Origin: Hyaloraphidium curvatum SAG 235-1
Lineage: Eukaryota; Fungi; Monoblepharomycota
NCBI GenBank assembly: GCA_025558095.1
Contig: JAIVFI010000039.1
Span: 372,001-436,000 of the forward strand
Length of the DNA stretch: 64,000 bases
Direction of reading: 5' to 3'
Below, in pieces: positions 33,647 to 45,400 of the stretch. The translations under genes and the position numbers were made by a program. The first letter of the stretch is position 1. Every line of letters starts with the position of its first letter. The notes beneath the pieces were generated by a model. The model was not told where the DNA came from. It saw nothing but the letters and a program-made list of their open reading frames with translations, and did not search any database.

Positions 33647-36209
33647 ATGAACCATTTGAGGAACATTGCTGCACCCGCCGTGAGGAGAAGGGCATGTTGG
33701 CCGAACGTTGCGGAACTGGAAACCCAACCTGCGGGCCGGCACTCCTCGTGGCGTTCCCCGCGATGGGACAAGTCTTTTGCCACTTTGTCTCTTGCCTTGT
33801 TCCTCGCCTGCGTTGCGCCTCGACTCGCTTCGGCACAGGAAGTGCAACTCATGCGGTTCGAGTTCAACGACGGCGAATCATTTTCGGGCACTTGGTCGCA
33901 TCCGACGGTCAACTGGTTCAGTGGTTTCACCGAGATCGTCTGGGACAGCTTCTACTCCCGGCGCGTCGGCTATCGGGGCAATCTGCAGTTCATTTCGCCG
34001 TCTGCGACGCCGGCCGAGGCGGAGCAGCGGGCCAGCGCCTTTTATTTCGTTATTGGCCCGAATCCCGGATTCGTTTTCCAGCTCACGCGGATGACCTTCC
34101 AGCTGACCCAAGCTGGGCCCACGAGCAGCCAGAGGAGCTCGGCCATTTGGGCTCTCGTCACCAACGACGCAGCAATCACGCCCTCCAATGGCTTCCCCGC
34201 CGGGAAGTACTACCCGGAGACCGTGATCTACGCGTTTCCGTGGACCAACCTTTCAATGTCGCTCTCGTACCCGAGCTACACGTCTTACGAGGTCCAGTTT
34301 CCTGTCGACTGGAGACCCGCCAGGAGCGGTGACTACTTCAACCTCAGGTCGGTACACGGTTCCGCGGAGCGGAAGCCCGGCTCACGATCGTTGCCAGGAT
34401 CTACGGCGCCGCGTCGCCGCGCGCCAACATCACCAGCTCGTTCTGGTTGGACGACAACTCCATCGCGATGGATAACGTCGTGTTCTACGGCTCCATTCGT
34501 GGGTTGTCGTGGGCGCCGGTTGCAGCACTCAATCTGATGATTTGGAACCTCACCAAAGTCACCGCAACGACAACGCGCTCAAGCACTCGGACGCCGTCCA
34601 CTACATCCACTACAAGTCGAACCTCCACGACCCTCACTAGGACCACTTCCCAAACTTCGAGCACGACCAGCGAGACGAGGGTTGGGTGGGCCGGTCGCGG
34701 GGACCGGCGCGAACTTACGGTGTCCGCAGACGTCGTCAACGACCTCCTTTACATCGAGCACCACTTCGTACACGTCTTCGACGACGTCGTTCACTGAGAC
34801 CTCGTCCACGACCACGGAAACGACATCCACGACGTCTTTCACCTCCACCACCACCAGTCAGACCTCCTCGACAACGAGCATGACGTCCTCGACGACGAGT
34901 GAGACCGAGGTTGGGTGACTTCTTGGTCCTTGGGCATGCAGCGGCCTAATGTCCCGCAATCTGCCAGACGTCCACGACAACCTCGGAAACCACCCAGACG
35001 ACAACGGAAACGAGCTTCACAACCTCATACACCAGCTCTACCACGTCGCAGACCAGCAGCACGACCTCAGAGACGACGTCCTCGACGAGCATCACGACCT
35101 CGCAAACCAGCTCGACGGCCTCGGGAACCACCTCGCAGACGCGGACCAGCTCGACCGCAACTCGGACGAGTTCTTCGCTGACCACAACGCGGACGACATC
35201 CCGTGGGATCTCTTTGAGCTCCGCTCGAGTTACTGTTCACCTTGGCCCCCAACTCAGAGACAACCACCACTCACAGCATGTCTACGACCTCCACGACCCT
35301 CGATCCATTCTCCCGCTTCACACCTACCTACCAAACACCCCGCTTTGTCCGCCTCGTTCACATCTCGGACGACGGCTCGGAACGGGAGCTCCTCTGCGAC
35401 CCGCGCTGCCACCTCGTCTCCCCGGGCAACGGGACCGCCTTCGCCGTCACCTGTCCGCAGGGTGTCTGCACGGACGGCGTCTTGCTCCGCGACTTTGCGG
35501 GGAACGGGGGGTGTCTCGAGACTTCCGCGATGCGGGGCTCGCAGGCCGTGCAGGGCTTCTCGGCCGGGCTCGGGTCGACGTGTCCCGACGGGCCGGCGTG
35601 GGAGGCAGGCTGGTGGATTCCAGAGCGAGGGCAGAGAGGGGTTCTGATCAACCCCGTGTCGGAACTCGAGGGATGGTACGCCGACTTTGGAGGGGCATGC
35701 TTGGAGGCTGCGGCAGGGGATCCTTCGGGCCAGGTTGGTGGCTGTCAGTGCACGTCGCTGGGCCTCGTTGACGCCAGTGCCTGATTGAAGGAGCTGGAAA
35801 TGTGGTTCTGCGACGATGCGGAGCCGGGGAGATGGGAGGCCAGGGACGTCCCGACCGCACCTTGGAAGGCGGTACGTGTTGCGCCGGTCTCGTGCCCAAA
35901 TCCAGCTCACATCATCCACAGGAATCTCCCGTCCCGATTCCGATCATCCTCGGATCCGCCCTCGGCGCCGCAACCCTCGTTTCGGCCGCCCTGCTGGCCG
36001 GTTTCAAGCTGCTCCGCCGGCCGCCCCCGCCGCCGCCCGAGGAGCCGCCGCCCGAGGGCGCGATGGTGCGGACCTACTCCGTTGGCGATCTGGCGAACGC
36101 GAACCGGATGACGATGTACGGGGAGGAGGTGCATGGGGAGGAGTCGGCCGAGGTCGGCGCCGCCGAATCGAGGTACGCCAAGGGGGACATGAACTTCCTG
36201 GAGAGCTAG
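33647..36209 (+). CDS. Type I membrane protein: beta-sandwich head, Thr/Ser mucin stalk, Cys-rich ricin-B-like module, TM and short cytoplasmic tail
   Basis: Signal-like LSLALFLACVAPRLASA|QEV, head domain at 33.84-34.5 kb, T/S-rich exons at 34.56-35.3 kb, a GGCLE/GACLE module, and TM IILGSALGAATLVSAALLAGF. The start codon is uncertain (in-frame ATG at 33647). Confidence 0.7.
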
Positions 36210-36504
36210 ATTGCGTGACGAAAGTGATGTGCATCAATGTCAGCTCGAAGAATATTGGAATTGCAACATTCTTGGCGTGCCACTTCAGACACTTCAGTGA
36301 AGCTAGCTTTGCCACTCTTGAGTTGAGGCTCGGCGGTGCAAGGCTCCGTGTGACTCGAACATCGACTCACAACAGCATTCACGAACACAAACCACACGTC
36401 TCCTTCCGTCCGTATTCCAAAACAATCATGTGAGTGTCCACGAGCCCGCACGCTGTGCGAGCAAGGTCCGCCGCCCGCAGGGAACTGACCGTGGCCGACG
36501 CAGC

Positions 36505-37818
36505 ATGACTCGTCCGACCCGGGAGCAGCTCCTCAAGAAGGACGACGACTTCCTTGCGATTCTCAACGATGGTCGTTGGGACCAGCTGGGTCCTTATTCC
36601 TCAGGGAAGCCCGCGGTCCTCGTCGGCACGACAGGTGGGTGCTCGGAACGAGGGAGACGTCCTCTTTCGGGGTGATTCACATCCCCGTCTGCCACCCCGC
36701 AGGCATCTTTGTCGGCAAGGACGAGGTCGAGGCCGCCCTCAAGAGGTTCATGGAAGTCTTCCAGCCCCGCTATGAGCGGGTGGCGCCGTCCGAGATCATC
36801 CTCGACGTGGCGCCGGGCGTCCACTCCGGCGTTAACCACCTTCGCATCGAGCGGAACGACCTGGCCGGCGGTCGCGTGAGTGCAACTGCCCGGTCAGTGA
36901 AGCCATTGAATCCTATTGACGCTTCTTGGGACATCCCCAGACGACCGTCAACGTCACCAACATCCACTTCTTCAACGACGCTGTCGAGGTCCTCCGGTCA
37001 TACAGTTGCTTCGCCGACGAAGCCGGCGCCCTCGCCGCTCAGCAGGCCGCCACCCGCGCCTCGGGTGGCACCCTTCCCGGCGCGGCCGAAGCCCAGGCCG
37101 CCCTCAACAAGCTGATCGCTTTTAACGACGTTCAGGACGCCGCGGGCGTCGTCGGACTGCTGGCAGATGATGCGGTGATGATCGCGCCGTGGTTCAAGGT
37201 GCTCATTGGCAAGGATGCCGTGGCCGAGTTCACGCGCAAGACTTTCGAGGGGGGCCTGACGGGCGCAAAGATCGTCTCGGAGCCGCAGTCGCTCGAGGTG
37301 GGCTGATCCTGCTCCTGTGTCTACAATTCACCGTCCTCACGCACCCTACCGAGTAGCCCTGGACTGCCGTTGCCCGCGTCGAGTTCACGAACGAGGGCAT
37401 GTTCACGATCGGCAAGACCGCCAGCCCGTACCGCGTGCAGCTCGACCCTGCCTCGGGCAAGATCAAGAAGATCGCCGTGTTCGTCGACGACGTCGCCGGC
37501 GTCGAGACCATGCGCAAGCTGTGCAACCCGGCCGTGTTCTCGTTCGACATCAGCGGCAAGGGCCACCCGCACGAGCAGCCGGCAACCCTCGCTACCCCGG
37601 ACGCCGGCACCCACGTCCCGCTGCACGCGGCGGCGGGGATCGACGCCTGGGACATCAACAAGGCCAAGGAGAACCCGGCCGTCTTCTCGTTCGACGTCAA
37701 CGGCAAGGGCCACCCGCACGAGCAGCCGGCCACCCTCGTGTCGCCGGACGCGGGCAAGCAGGTCCCGGCGCATGCTGCGGCCGGGATCGACGAATGGGAC
37801 ATCAACAAGGGGGCGTGA
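36505..37818 (+). CDS. Tandem SnoaL/NTF2-like domain protein with a duplicated 49-aa C-terminal tail
   Basis: Domain 1 reads FLAILNDGRWDQL...FVGKDEVEAALKRF and domain 2 reads AFNDVQDAAGVVGLLADDAVM...LIGKDAVAEF...GKIKKI. Three introns. Confidence 0.7.
37525..37812 (+). repeat. 147-bp coding tandem duplication (2 copies)
   Basis: NPAVFSFDISGKGHPHEQPATLATPDAGTHVPLHAAAGIDAWDINK versus NPAVFSFDVNGKGHPHEQPATLVSPDAGKQVPAHAAAGIDEWDINK. Units start at 37525 and 37672. Confidence 0.95.
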
Positions 37819-38061
37819 GCGCGTGGCCGTGGACCGGGGGTTGTACCGGTCTTGTACATAGCTTTCGTTCGCTTCGGAAATGCAGAGGATTGAACTGACT
37901 TTGACAAATTGGCTCGACTGCGAGGAGATTGCGAATAACTAGTGGTATACAGGGCATTGTACATGTCCGAACTACTGAGCATTTCCATCCGCCTGCGCGG
38001 TCCCATCCGTCCGCGCTTTCCAACATCCAACTGCGGTCCGTCCCAAGCCCCCTTTTACATT

Positions 38062-39504
38062 TTACATTAGGATGTACTCCGACACCATCATGTTGTACGC
38101 CGAGTCGTCGCTCCGCAGCTCGTCGCACGGCGGCGGCATCGCGAACCACCCCGACCCCGACAGCGAGCACCCCGAGTCGGAGCGCATCATGGCCCCCTCG
38201 GCCGCGAACGGCCGGTCCCAGTTCATGTCCAGGTCCAGCAGCTCGTCGAGCGGCAGGGGCGGCGAGCCGGCGTCGGAGAAGGAGGCGGCGATCTCGTCAA
38301 GGGGGCTTTCGAGCTCGCAGGCGGTGAGGGTCTCGGCGTACGAGGAGGGGGAAAAGGTTTCGGCGGCGACCGAGTCCATGAGGCGGGAGCGGTCGTCGAG
38401 GGAGGAGGAGAGGGAGGGGTAGGCGGAGAAGGGGGGGATCTGCTCCGGGGGGAAGAAGCCGGCCAGGGTCGCCTGGGCGCGGGCGGCGCGCTCCTCCAGC
38501 TCCTCCAGCTCGGCCATCATCTTCTCCTGGGCGTCGAAGCGGGCGCGGGTCTCGTTGCTGGGGCGGCCGGGTGTGCCGTACTTCCGCTTGGGCGAGCGGG
38601 AGGGGCCGCCGCCGCCGCGGTTGGGGCGGGCGGTGCGAGGGCCGCAGAGGATGGGGCTGGGGGGCTTGTAGGTCGCCGACGACGAGCGGGTGCGCGGGGG
38701 CTCCTTGGTGGCCGAGTCCTCGATCCGCTTCCTGGCGCGCCGGCTGCGGAGCTCGGGGAAGTGGTTCCGGTAGCCGTCGGTGAGGAGCATGACGAGCTTC
38801 TTGTGGCCGGTCTTGCTGCTGGCCCTGGAGGCGGACTCGGCGGCGTCGGACCAGTCGCCCAGGTCGGGGTTGAGCCAGACGAACTTGCGGGCGATGTCGT
38901 TGACTTGGGCCTGGGATGGCGGCGCCGGTCAGCGGGTTTCAGCAGGCAGCCCAGGAAGCTTGGCCCACCTCGTATGCGGGCCTGGCGGAGACCTCGTTGG
39001 CGTAGTACTTGTACTTCTGCTTCCACGCGTCGGGCAGGGCGTCGATGTCGACCGAGTCGAGGTCGCCGTTGGCGTCGACCCAGTTGCCCTCCCGCTTGCG
39101 GCAGAAGAAGCGCTTGCGACCGAACTGGTCGACGTAGAAGTCGGAGAACTGGCCGGAGCCCTCTGTCGCTTGGACGAGCACGTCGGGGGGCAGGTGGGCC
39201 GGGATCCCGCCCTTGCCGTGCAGCACGCCGTGCGGCACTTGGACGGGCGCGGGAGCGACGGGCGGCGGCGAGGCGGGCAGGGCGAGTGCGATGGCGAGGG
39301 GCGGCGGCCGGGCGGGAATCGCGGGAGGCGGCGGCGCGGGCGCGGCGGGGGCCTGCGGCGGCGGCGCGGGGCGGGCGATGAACGGCACGAAGGGCCTGAG
39401 GCGCGGCGGGCGAGATTAGCTCCGCCGGAGGACGCATCGCGGCACCGGGCCGACCCCGGGGGGCGGGGCGGGCGGGGCCGGCGGCGCGGCACTCACCACG
39501 CCAT
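38062..39504 (-). CDS. Putative DNA-binding regulator, LNP..YRN..SRR family paralog 1
   Basis: Micro-exon MAW (ATG 39504), exon 2 ending RFFCRKREGNWVDANGDL...YYANE, and exon 3 AQVNDIARKFVWLNPDL...LTDGYRNHFPELRSRRARKR with an acidic tail. Confidence 0.7.
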
Positions 39505-40802
39505 GGTGTCAAGCGCGTTCGCGGGACTGAGATCCGTGGGTGGAACGAAGCGGAGAACGGCCCGAGCGCGGCAGGAACCGGTGGTAGTTGATGAGAAAGT
39601 GATGCCAGGGGGCCTGTCAGCGGACCCATGACGAGCAAGGGCAGCCTGGCTGAATGACGACCGGGAGGGATGGGGTGCTGGAGCGAGAAGTCGGCCCTTC
39701 GTCGTGCGCACCAATTCTGCATGGAACCGGCCGCGGACACACCCTCCGCTATTGGGCGAAACAGAGAAGCAGCGTCCTGCGGGACCGACGCGCGGTTTGC
39801 GGGTGGAGCGTGGGTGTGTGGAGAGCCACGAGCAAGGGGGCGTGGTCCCTTCCCGTGTTCGTCCGACAAGCCAAAATGGCCGACCACGGAGCACCAAACG
39901 CGCGCACAAACAAGCAGCGCTGAGTACGGATCCTAGTCATTCAACCCCGCCGGACCCGGGGCCGCTGCTCCCCGTGCATACGGCGGCGGATTCGTACAGG
40001 TCCGACTTCACGCCCCGGCCGCCGTCTCCGCAGACTTCCCCCAGGACCGAGTTCCCCCCCGCACGACGCGGATCGCGACCCGTGCGATTTTCCGGCACAC
40101 GCGGGCTCCGTCCGGCCCGGCGGCGTCAGCGATCCCCTCGTCCGCGTGTGCGGCAACCGCACGGCGTCCGCGAGAAGCCCGTCGGCGGTGCGGAAGCAGC
40201 GTCGAGCAAGCACACAGAGGTCGCATCCTTTCCCAGTCGGTGTAGCGCGGCTCGACGAGGCGAAATGGCCTCCGCACGCCCCGTAAACCCCGCCGGCGCC
40301 CGCGTGCGAGCGGCCCGCCGTTGTCAGATTGGGAGTCAGAAGCCACGGGATCGTGCTCGGGTCAAAAAAAAACCGAACTTTATCCGCGATCTGCGGCGGC
40401 TCGTGCCACTTCCCGGGCGGACATCCGTCCGCCGTGGGCCCGGGACCAGTGGACCGCGGCCGACGTTTCCGGCATGCCCGGCCGATCCGTGCGCAACGGC
40501 CGTACCGGCGATCCGCGGGAGACAGCGGCCGCGAGAATCGCGGCCATGTTGCCTCGTGCTGCCGTTGCGCAGCATATCGGGCCCGATCCGTCGCCCCCTT
40601 GGGTAAAGGCTTCACGTAACCGGCAATCGGGGCTTCCTCGTCGGGCGGGCGATAGTCAGTCCGTGGGCTCCCTTACTTCTTTCTCGCCATGTGCTTGGAT
40701 CGAAAAGACGGCGCAATCCGAGATGGTCCATATTCGCTCTATCTTTTGCCAACATCTCCCGATCTCCCGTCCTTCCGTATCCACCACGACAACCTATGCC
40801 AA

Positions 40803-41872
40803 TCAAGCCCGCTTCGCCGGCAGCAGCACCTCGTTCTTCCTCCACCTCGCCGGCAGCCACGGCGGGTCGAACTGCGCCAGCTCCACCGGCCCCTCGCCGA
40901 CGGTCCAGTTCCCGCTGACCCGCGCGCGCATGTCCGCCGCGGCTTTCTCGACCTCGGCTTTGCTGGGCCGCCCGGGGAGCTTGGCGACGGCGTCGATGAG
41001 TTCGGAGTTGCGGACGATCTGCACCCTGGGGTCCTTGGGCTCCGGGGCCTCGGCGAGCTTGGCGGGGAGCACGAGGAGGGTGGTCATGTTGCCCGCCGAG
41101 TAGCTCAGCGAGTACAAGGGCACGGTCATGGGCAGCTTGTAGCATTCCCCGGTGCTCGCGTTGTTCTTGCCGCCGATGTACTCGAGCAGCAGCCTGACCG
41201 AGCCCATCGGGGGGCGGGAGACGTCGTCCCCGGGCTCGGTGACCTGCGCGATGGTCAGGTTGACGTAGCTGCGGACCTCCCAGTTGTCGCCAGAGTCGAG
41301 GACCGTGTAGGGGGTTTCGATGGGGTGGGGCCAGCCGCCGGGGCGGTTCCAGGGGGCCGAGTCGGACTATACATTGGAAGCAATTAGCAATCGCCAAGAG
41401 AGGGTGATGTTGGAGCCCACCTCGTCGTCCTCGTCGCCCCACGCTGCCGTGCCTTTCATGGGCGCCTTGACGCACTTGTCCTTGCCTTTATGCCCGTGCT
41501 TGCCCTTGTGCTTGAAGAGTTCCACGTCGGATTCCTCCGAGACGGCCACCTCGTCGTAGGCGAGGGTGAAGTCCCCGTCCCAGACGTCGACGAGCCCGAG
41601 CTCGACGGTGATGTCGAACAGAAGCCGGCCTGGCGGTCCGTCGCTTTAGCCTTCCGGCGCAACCCATTTGCCGAGCAGCAACGATGCCCACCGAGCGCAG
41701 GAAGGATGAAGAACCACAGGAAAAGGAGCGTCGCGGCGCCACGGAGGAACCGGACCGCGCGCAGCCTCCTCTCCCGCGCCGCGGCCGCCTCGGCCGACAG
41801 CGCGGCCACGCGAGCCTCGAGATCGCCGACGCGCGCGAGCAGCGGCTCGGCGGAGGGGTGCTTGGTGTCCAT
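40803..41872 (-). CDS. SOUL/p22HBP heme-binding protein with an N-terminal membrane anchor
   Basis: IETPYTVL...WEVRSY...RLLLEYIGGKN...LPMTVP...APEPKDPRVQI...AQFDPPW...RKNEVLLP. N-terminal coiled coil and TM (TLLFLWFFILPAL). Two introns. Confidence 0.85.
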
Positions 41873-42435
41873 CGCGGATGAGTGTTGCGAGGGTCGGACG
41901 GACAGGAGTGGGGACAAGACCCTGACCGCCACAGCAGAACCCAGTCGAGATAACGGTGCTGGAGCAACTCTGGGAACGCTGGAAAAACGACGTACGGCAC
42001 TTTCCATGCCCTCTAGCTCCACAGATGTCCTGCTTGGTCGGTTTCGCACGAGCTCGGCGGCATCCAGGTCGTCTCCAGCGGGGAGAATCAGCTGCAAACA
42101 CTTTTCGTGCCCCAGGCAGCGTGAAAACATCATAGTGGCCTCGGCTCAATGATGAAGGCATTTCATTGGCCCCACGTGTAGTCTCGTGAATGAAGCGGCC
42201 GCCGCCGGGGACCTGGAGCAAGGCACCTTGGCGGGCCGGAAGCTGCCGATCTCGGCTCCCGAAGCTTCTGAAGAGAGATGCGACACAAAGTAAAGGCAAT
42301 CCTCGTCGGTATGGCGACGATCGCGGTCAACTCCTCGAAAGGTGTCCTCGCCTGATTGGGGACCCTGAGCCCCGCCAAAACGCGAACGAAAAAGGACCAC
42401 TCGCTTCCTCCCGCTCCGCGCCCGGATCCGCCGCC

Positions 42436-45400
42436 ATGCCGTCCCTGCTCGTCGTCGCCGCTTTTGCGGCCGCGCTGGCGGGCGCGGCGACGCTGGTCGC
42501 CGGTCAGGACTACACCTGCGTGCGGTCCTGCGTCGACCGCGGCAACTACATCCGGTCGAAGCGGGCGCCCAACGGGCAGCCAATGTGCCTCGGCAACTCG
42601 TCGGCGTGCTCGTGGTACACGGATTCCGCCTGCACCGTGCTCTCGTTCGACTCGATCCCGCCGCTGGGCAACGACGCCGGGATCGTCTGCACCCAGACCG
42701 GCTCGGGGTGGTGCCAGGCCGCGGCATGGAGCGTCGTCAGCGGGAACCCGCCGACGATCACCTGCGACTCGACAGGACCGTGGACCTGCGTCCAGTCGTG
42801 CCCTGACAAGGGCAACTTCGTGCGGACGCGGAACCAGGGCATCGTCTACCAAGGCGGCACCATTCAGTGCAACGGTCCCTCTACCAGCCAGTGCTCATGG
42901 GTGAGAATCTCGCCCCACGCGTTCGGAGACAGAGTGAACCCTCGTCTGCCACTGCCGTCGAGGATTCTGGGAGGACGGTGTCGCTGGCCGCGGCGCGCCG
43001 AGCGGCATGACGAGGGGTATCAAAGACTGGCCAACTAACTCTGGGTTCCCCGTTTCTAGTACGTGGATGCCGCGTGCAGCTTTTTGGCGCCGAACGAGAG
43101 CCCGCCGGTGGGGAATACGGCGCAGACGTGCCCTCTGCCGCTATCCAGTACGCCTCGCGCTCGGCTCCCGGGCTCGTGCCGGCTCTGATTCCGTCATTTC
43201 GACTACCTTGCCACCCATTACTCGCCCCAGCCTCATATTGGTGTGGCGTAGCTGGCAACCAAATCTTCTATGGAATCACGACGGCCTGCAGCTCTTCCAC
43301 GACGACGACGTGGGTTTGCCGGCCTCACCGTTGAGAATTGACTTTCTGATCTGCTTTGGCTAAACCCGCAGCACGACAACGACCACGACTACGTGAGATT
43401 GGCCTCGTTCGCCTGCGCAAAGGCGATCGCGCTGACTTGTTCCCCGGAACCTCTGCTTTCTTCGTTTGCTTGGTCCCTGGCGCTCCTCCTTCCCTCGCTA
43501 ACTATTTAGAACTACCACGACGACTACTACTACGACCACAACGCCCACGTGAGTTGGGTTCTTTGGCCATTTGGATAGCTATCCTGATGGAATTCGGGAA
43601 AAGGACTACGGTCGCGACCGAAGGCCCTCCCACGCCCCAGGGGACCCCTCTTTTCTACGTTTCGGGCAGTAATGGACTTGCCTGCTCGGACACCGGGTGC
43701 AACATGGTCGCCGGAGGAAGTGGGTTCGGCCTCGTCGGTGTCGTGGACTCCGAATGACCCTTTCCTCGCGACCTTGCCAGGTTCCACCCAGCGTCTCTGC
43801 CCCGGATTCCCGCCGCCGGCTCAGTGCCAGCAGGTCTACTTGCAGGACGTGGCGAGCTCCCAGTGTATCCAGGTGCCCAGCGGCACCCGCAACCTCCGCC
43901 TGGCGACCTGCCCCGGCGGGTCGTCCGGCCGCCGCCTGCTGGAGTTCTTCCGCCGCCTTTTCTCGAGGCAGATCAACGACCAGAACATCCAGTTCCTCTG
44001 GTCGAGCGCCCAGAGCGGCGACACTACGATCCTTTCCGGCTCGACCAACTTCTGCATGCTGAGGCCCGCCGACGGCGCCACGGGCCCCGTAACCCTCGGG
44101 TCGTGCCAAGATGGGAACGCGCTTTTCAGGGCACAATCGGGACCCGCTACGACCACCACGACGTGAGTTTTGACTTTGACTTCTTGGACCTCAGTTGCGC
44201 CCCAAGACTTCTCTAACGCGTGTCGACAACAGAACCACAACAACCACGTCGACGACCACCACGACCACCTCGTGAGCTCGTTCTGTCCTGCTCGGTGCCT
44301 GTCGCCCGCTAACTGGATCTCGTCAGAACCACTTCTCCGACCGAAGGACCCCCGGTGCCGCTGGGCGGGCCTCGCTACTATGTGGCCAACAACAACGGCT
44401 TGCAGTGCTCCGACAGCGGCTGCGTCATGGCCGCCAACAGCGGATGTGGGTCTTTCTGTTCGCTGCCTTTGTCGATTACCACCTGACCGACGTCGTCATC
44501 CAGCTACGCTCCAGCGCCTTTGCCCGACCTTCAACCAGCCCGACTGTGCCACGGTCTACCTGCAGGACACTGCCACCTCTCGCTGCGTGAACGTGCCCGC
44601 CGGCACCCGCAACCTCCGCCTCGGCACGTGCCCCGGAACAGCCGCGGCGCGCCAAATCACCCAGGACAACATCGGGTTCCTCTTCGCCGCCGCCGGCGAC
44701 GGGCAGACCACTATTCAGAGCACGTCGACCAACTTCTGCATGGTCCGGCCGGCGGACGGGGCACCAGGAACTGTGACGCTGGGAGCCTGCGGTTCGGGCG
44801 ACACGCAGTTCAATGCCCAGGCAGACCCGCCGCCACCTGCCACGACTTCGTGAGTCTTTTGTGATCTGGCGAAGAATTGCAGGCATTGGTGTCTGACTTC
44901 GGCTACAGCACCTCGACAACGACTTCGGCAAGTACCTCCAGCGCGACCTCTAGTGCCACCTCCAGCACGGCCTCCAGCACGACCAGCAGCGCGACCAGCA
45001 GCGGCACGACGACGACAACCACGGGCGCTACCGGCACTGTTCCTCCTCCGCCTCCGCTGCCGTCGCTCCCCGCCGGCGCCGGCGCCTACACGGTGGCCAA
45101 CTCGGCCCCGGTATCGATCATCACCTCCACGTCGGGCATCGACTGCAACTCGCAGCAGTGCACCCTTTCTCCAACCTCGACGGGCTCATACCGCGCCGTC
45201 TGCCCCGACGGCAGCTCCAACTGCAACGTTTTCCGGATGCAGAGCACCGGCACAGGCGGATGCCTCGCTGTCCGCGGAACGACGCCGCTGGAAGTGCCCT
45301 GCCCGTCGCGCCGCAGGGTGAACCGCAGGCAGAGCGACGTCCTGCCCTACTGGAGCTTCTTCAACTCGTCGGTCTCGGGCGGCGGCGCCGTCAAGCTCAT

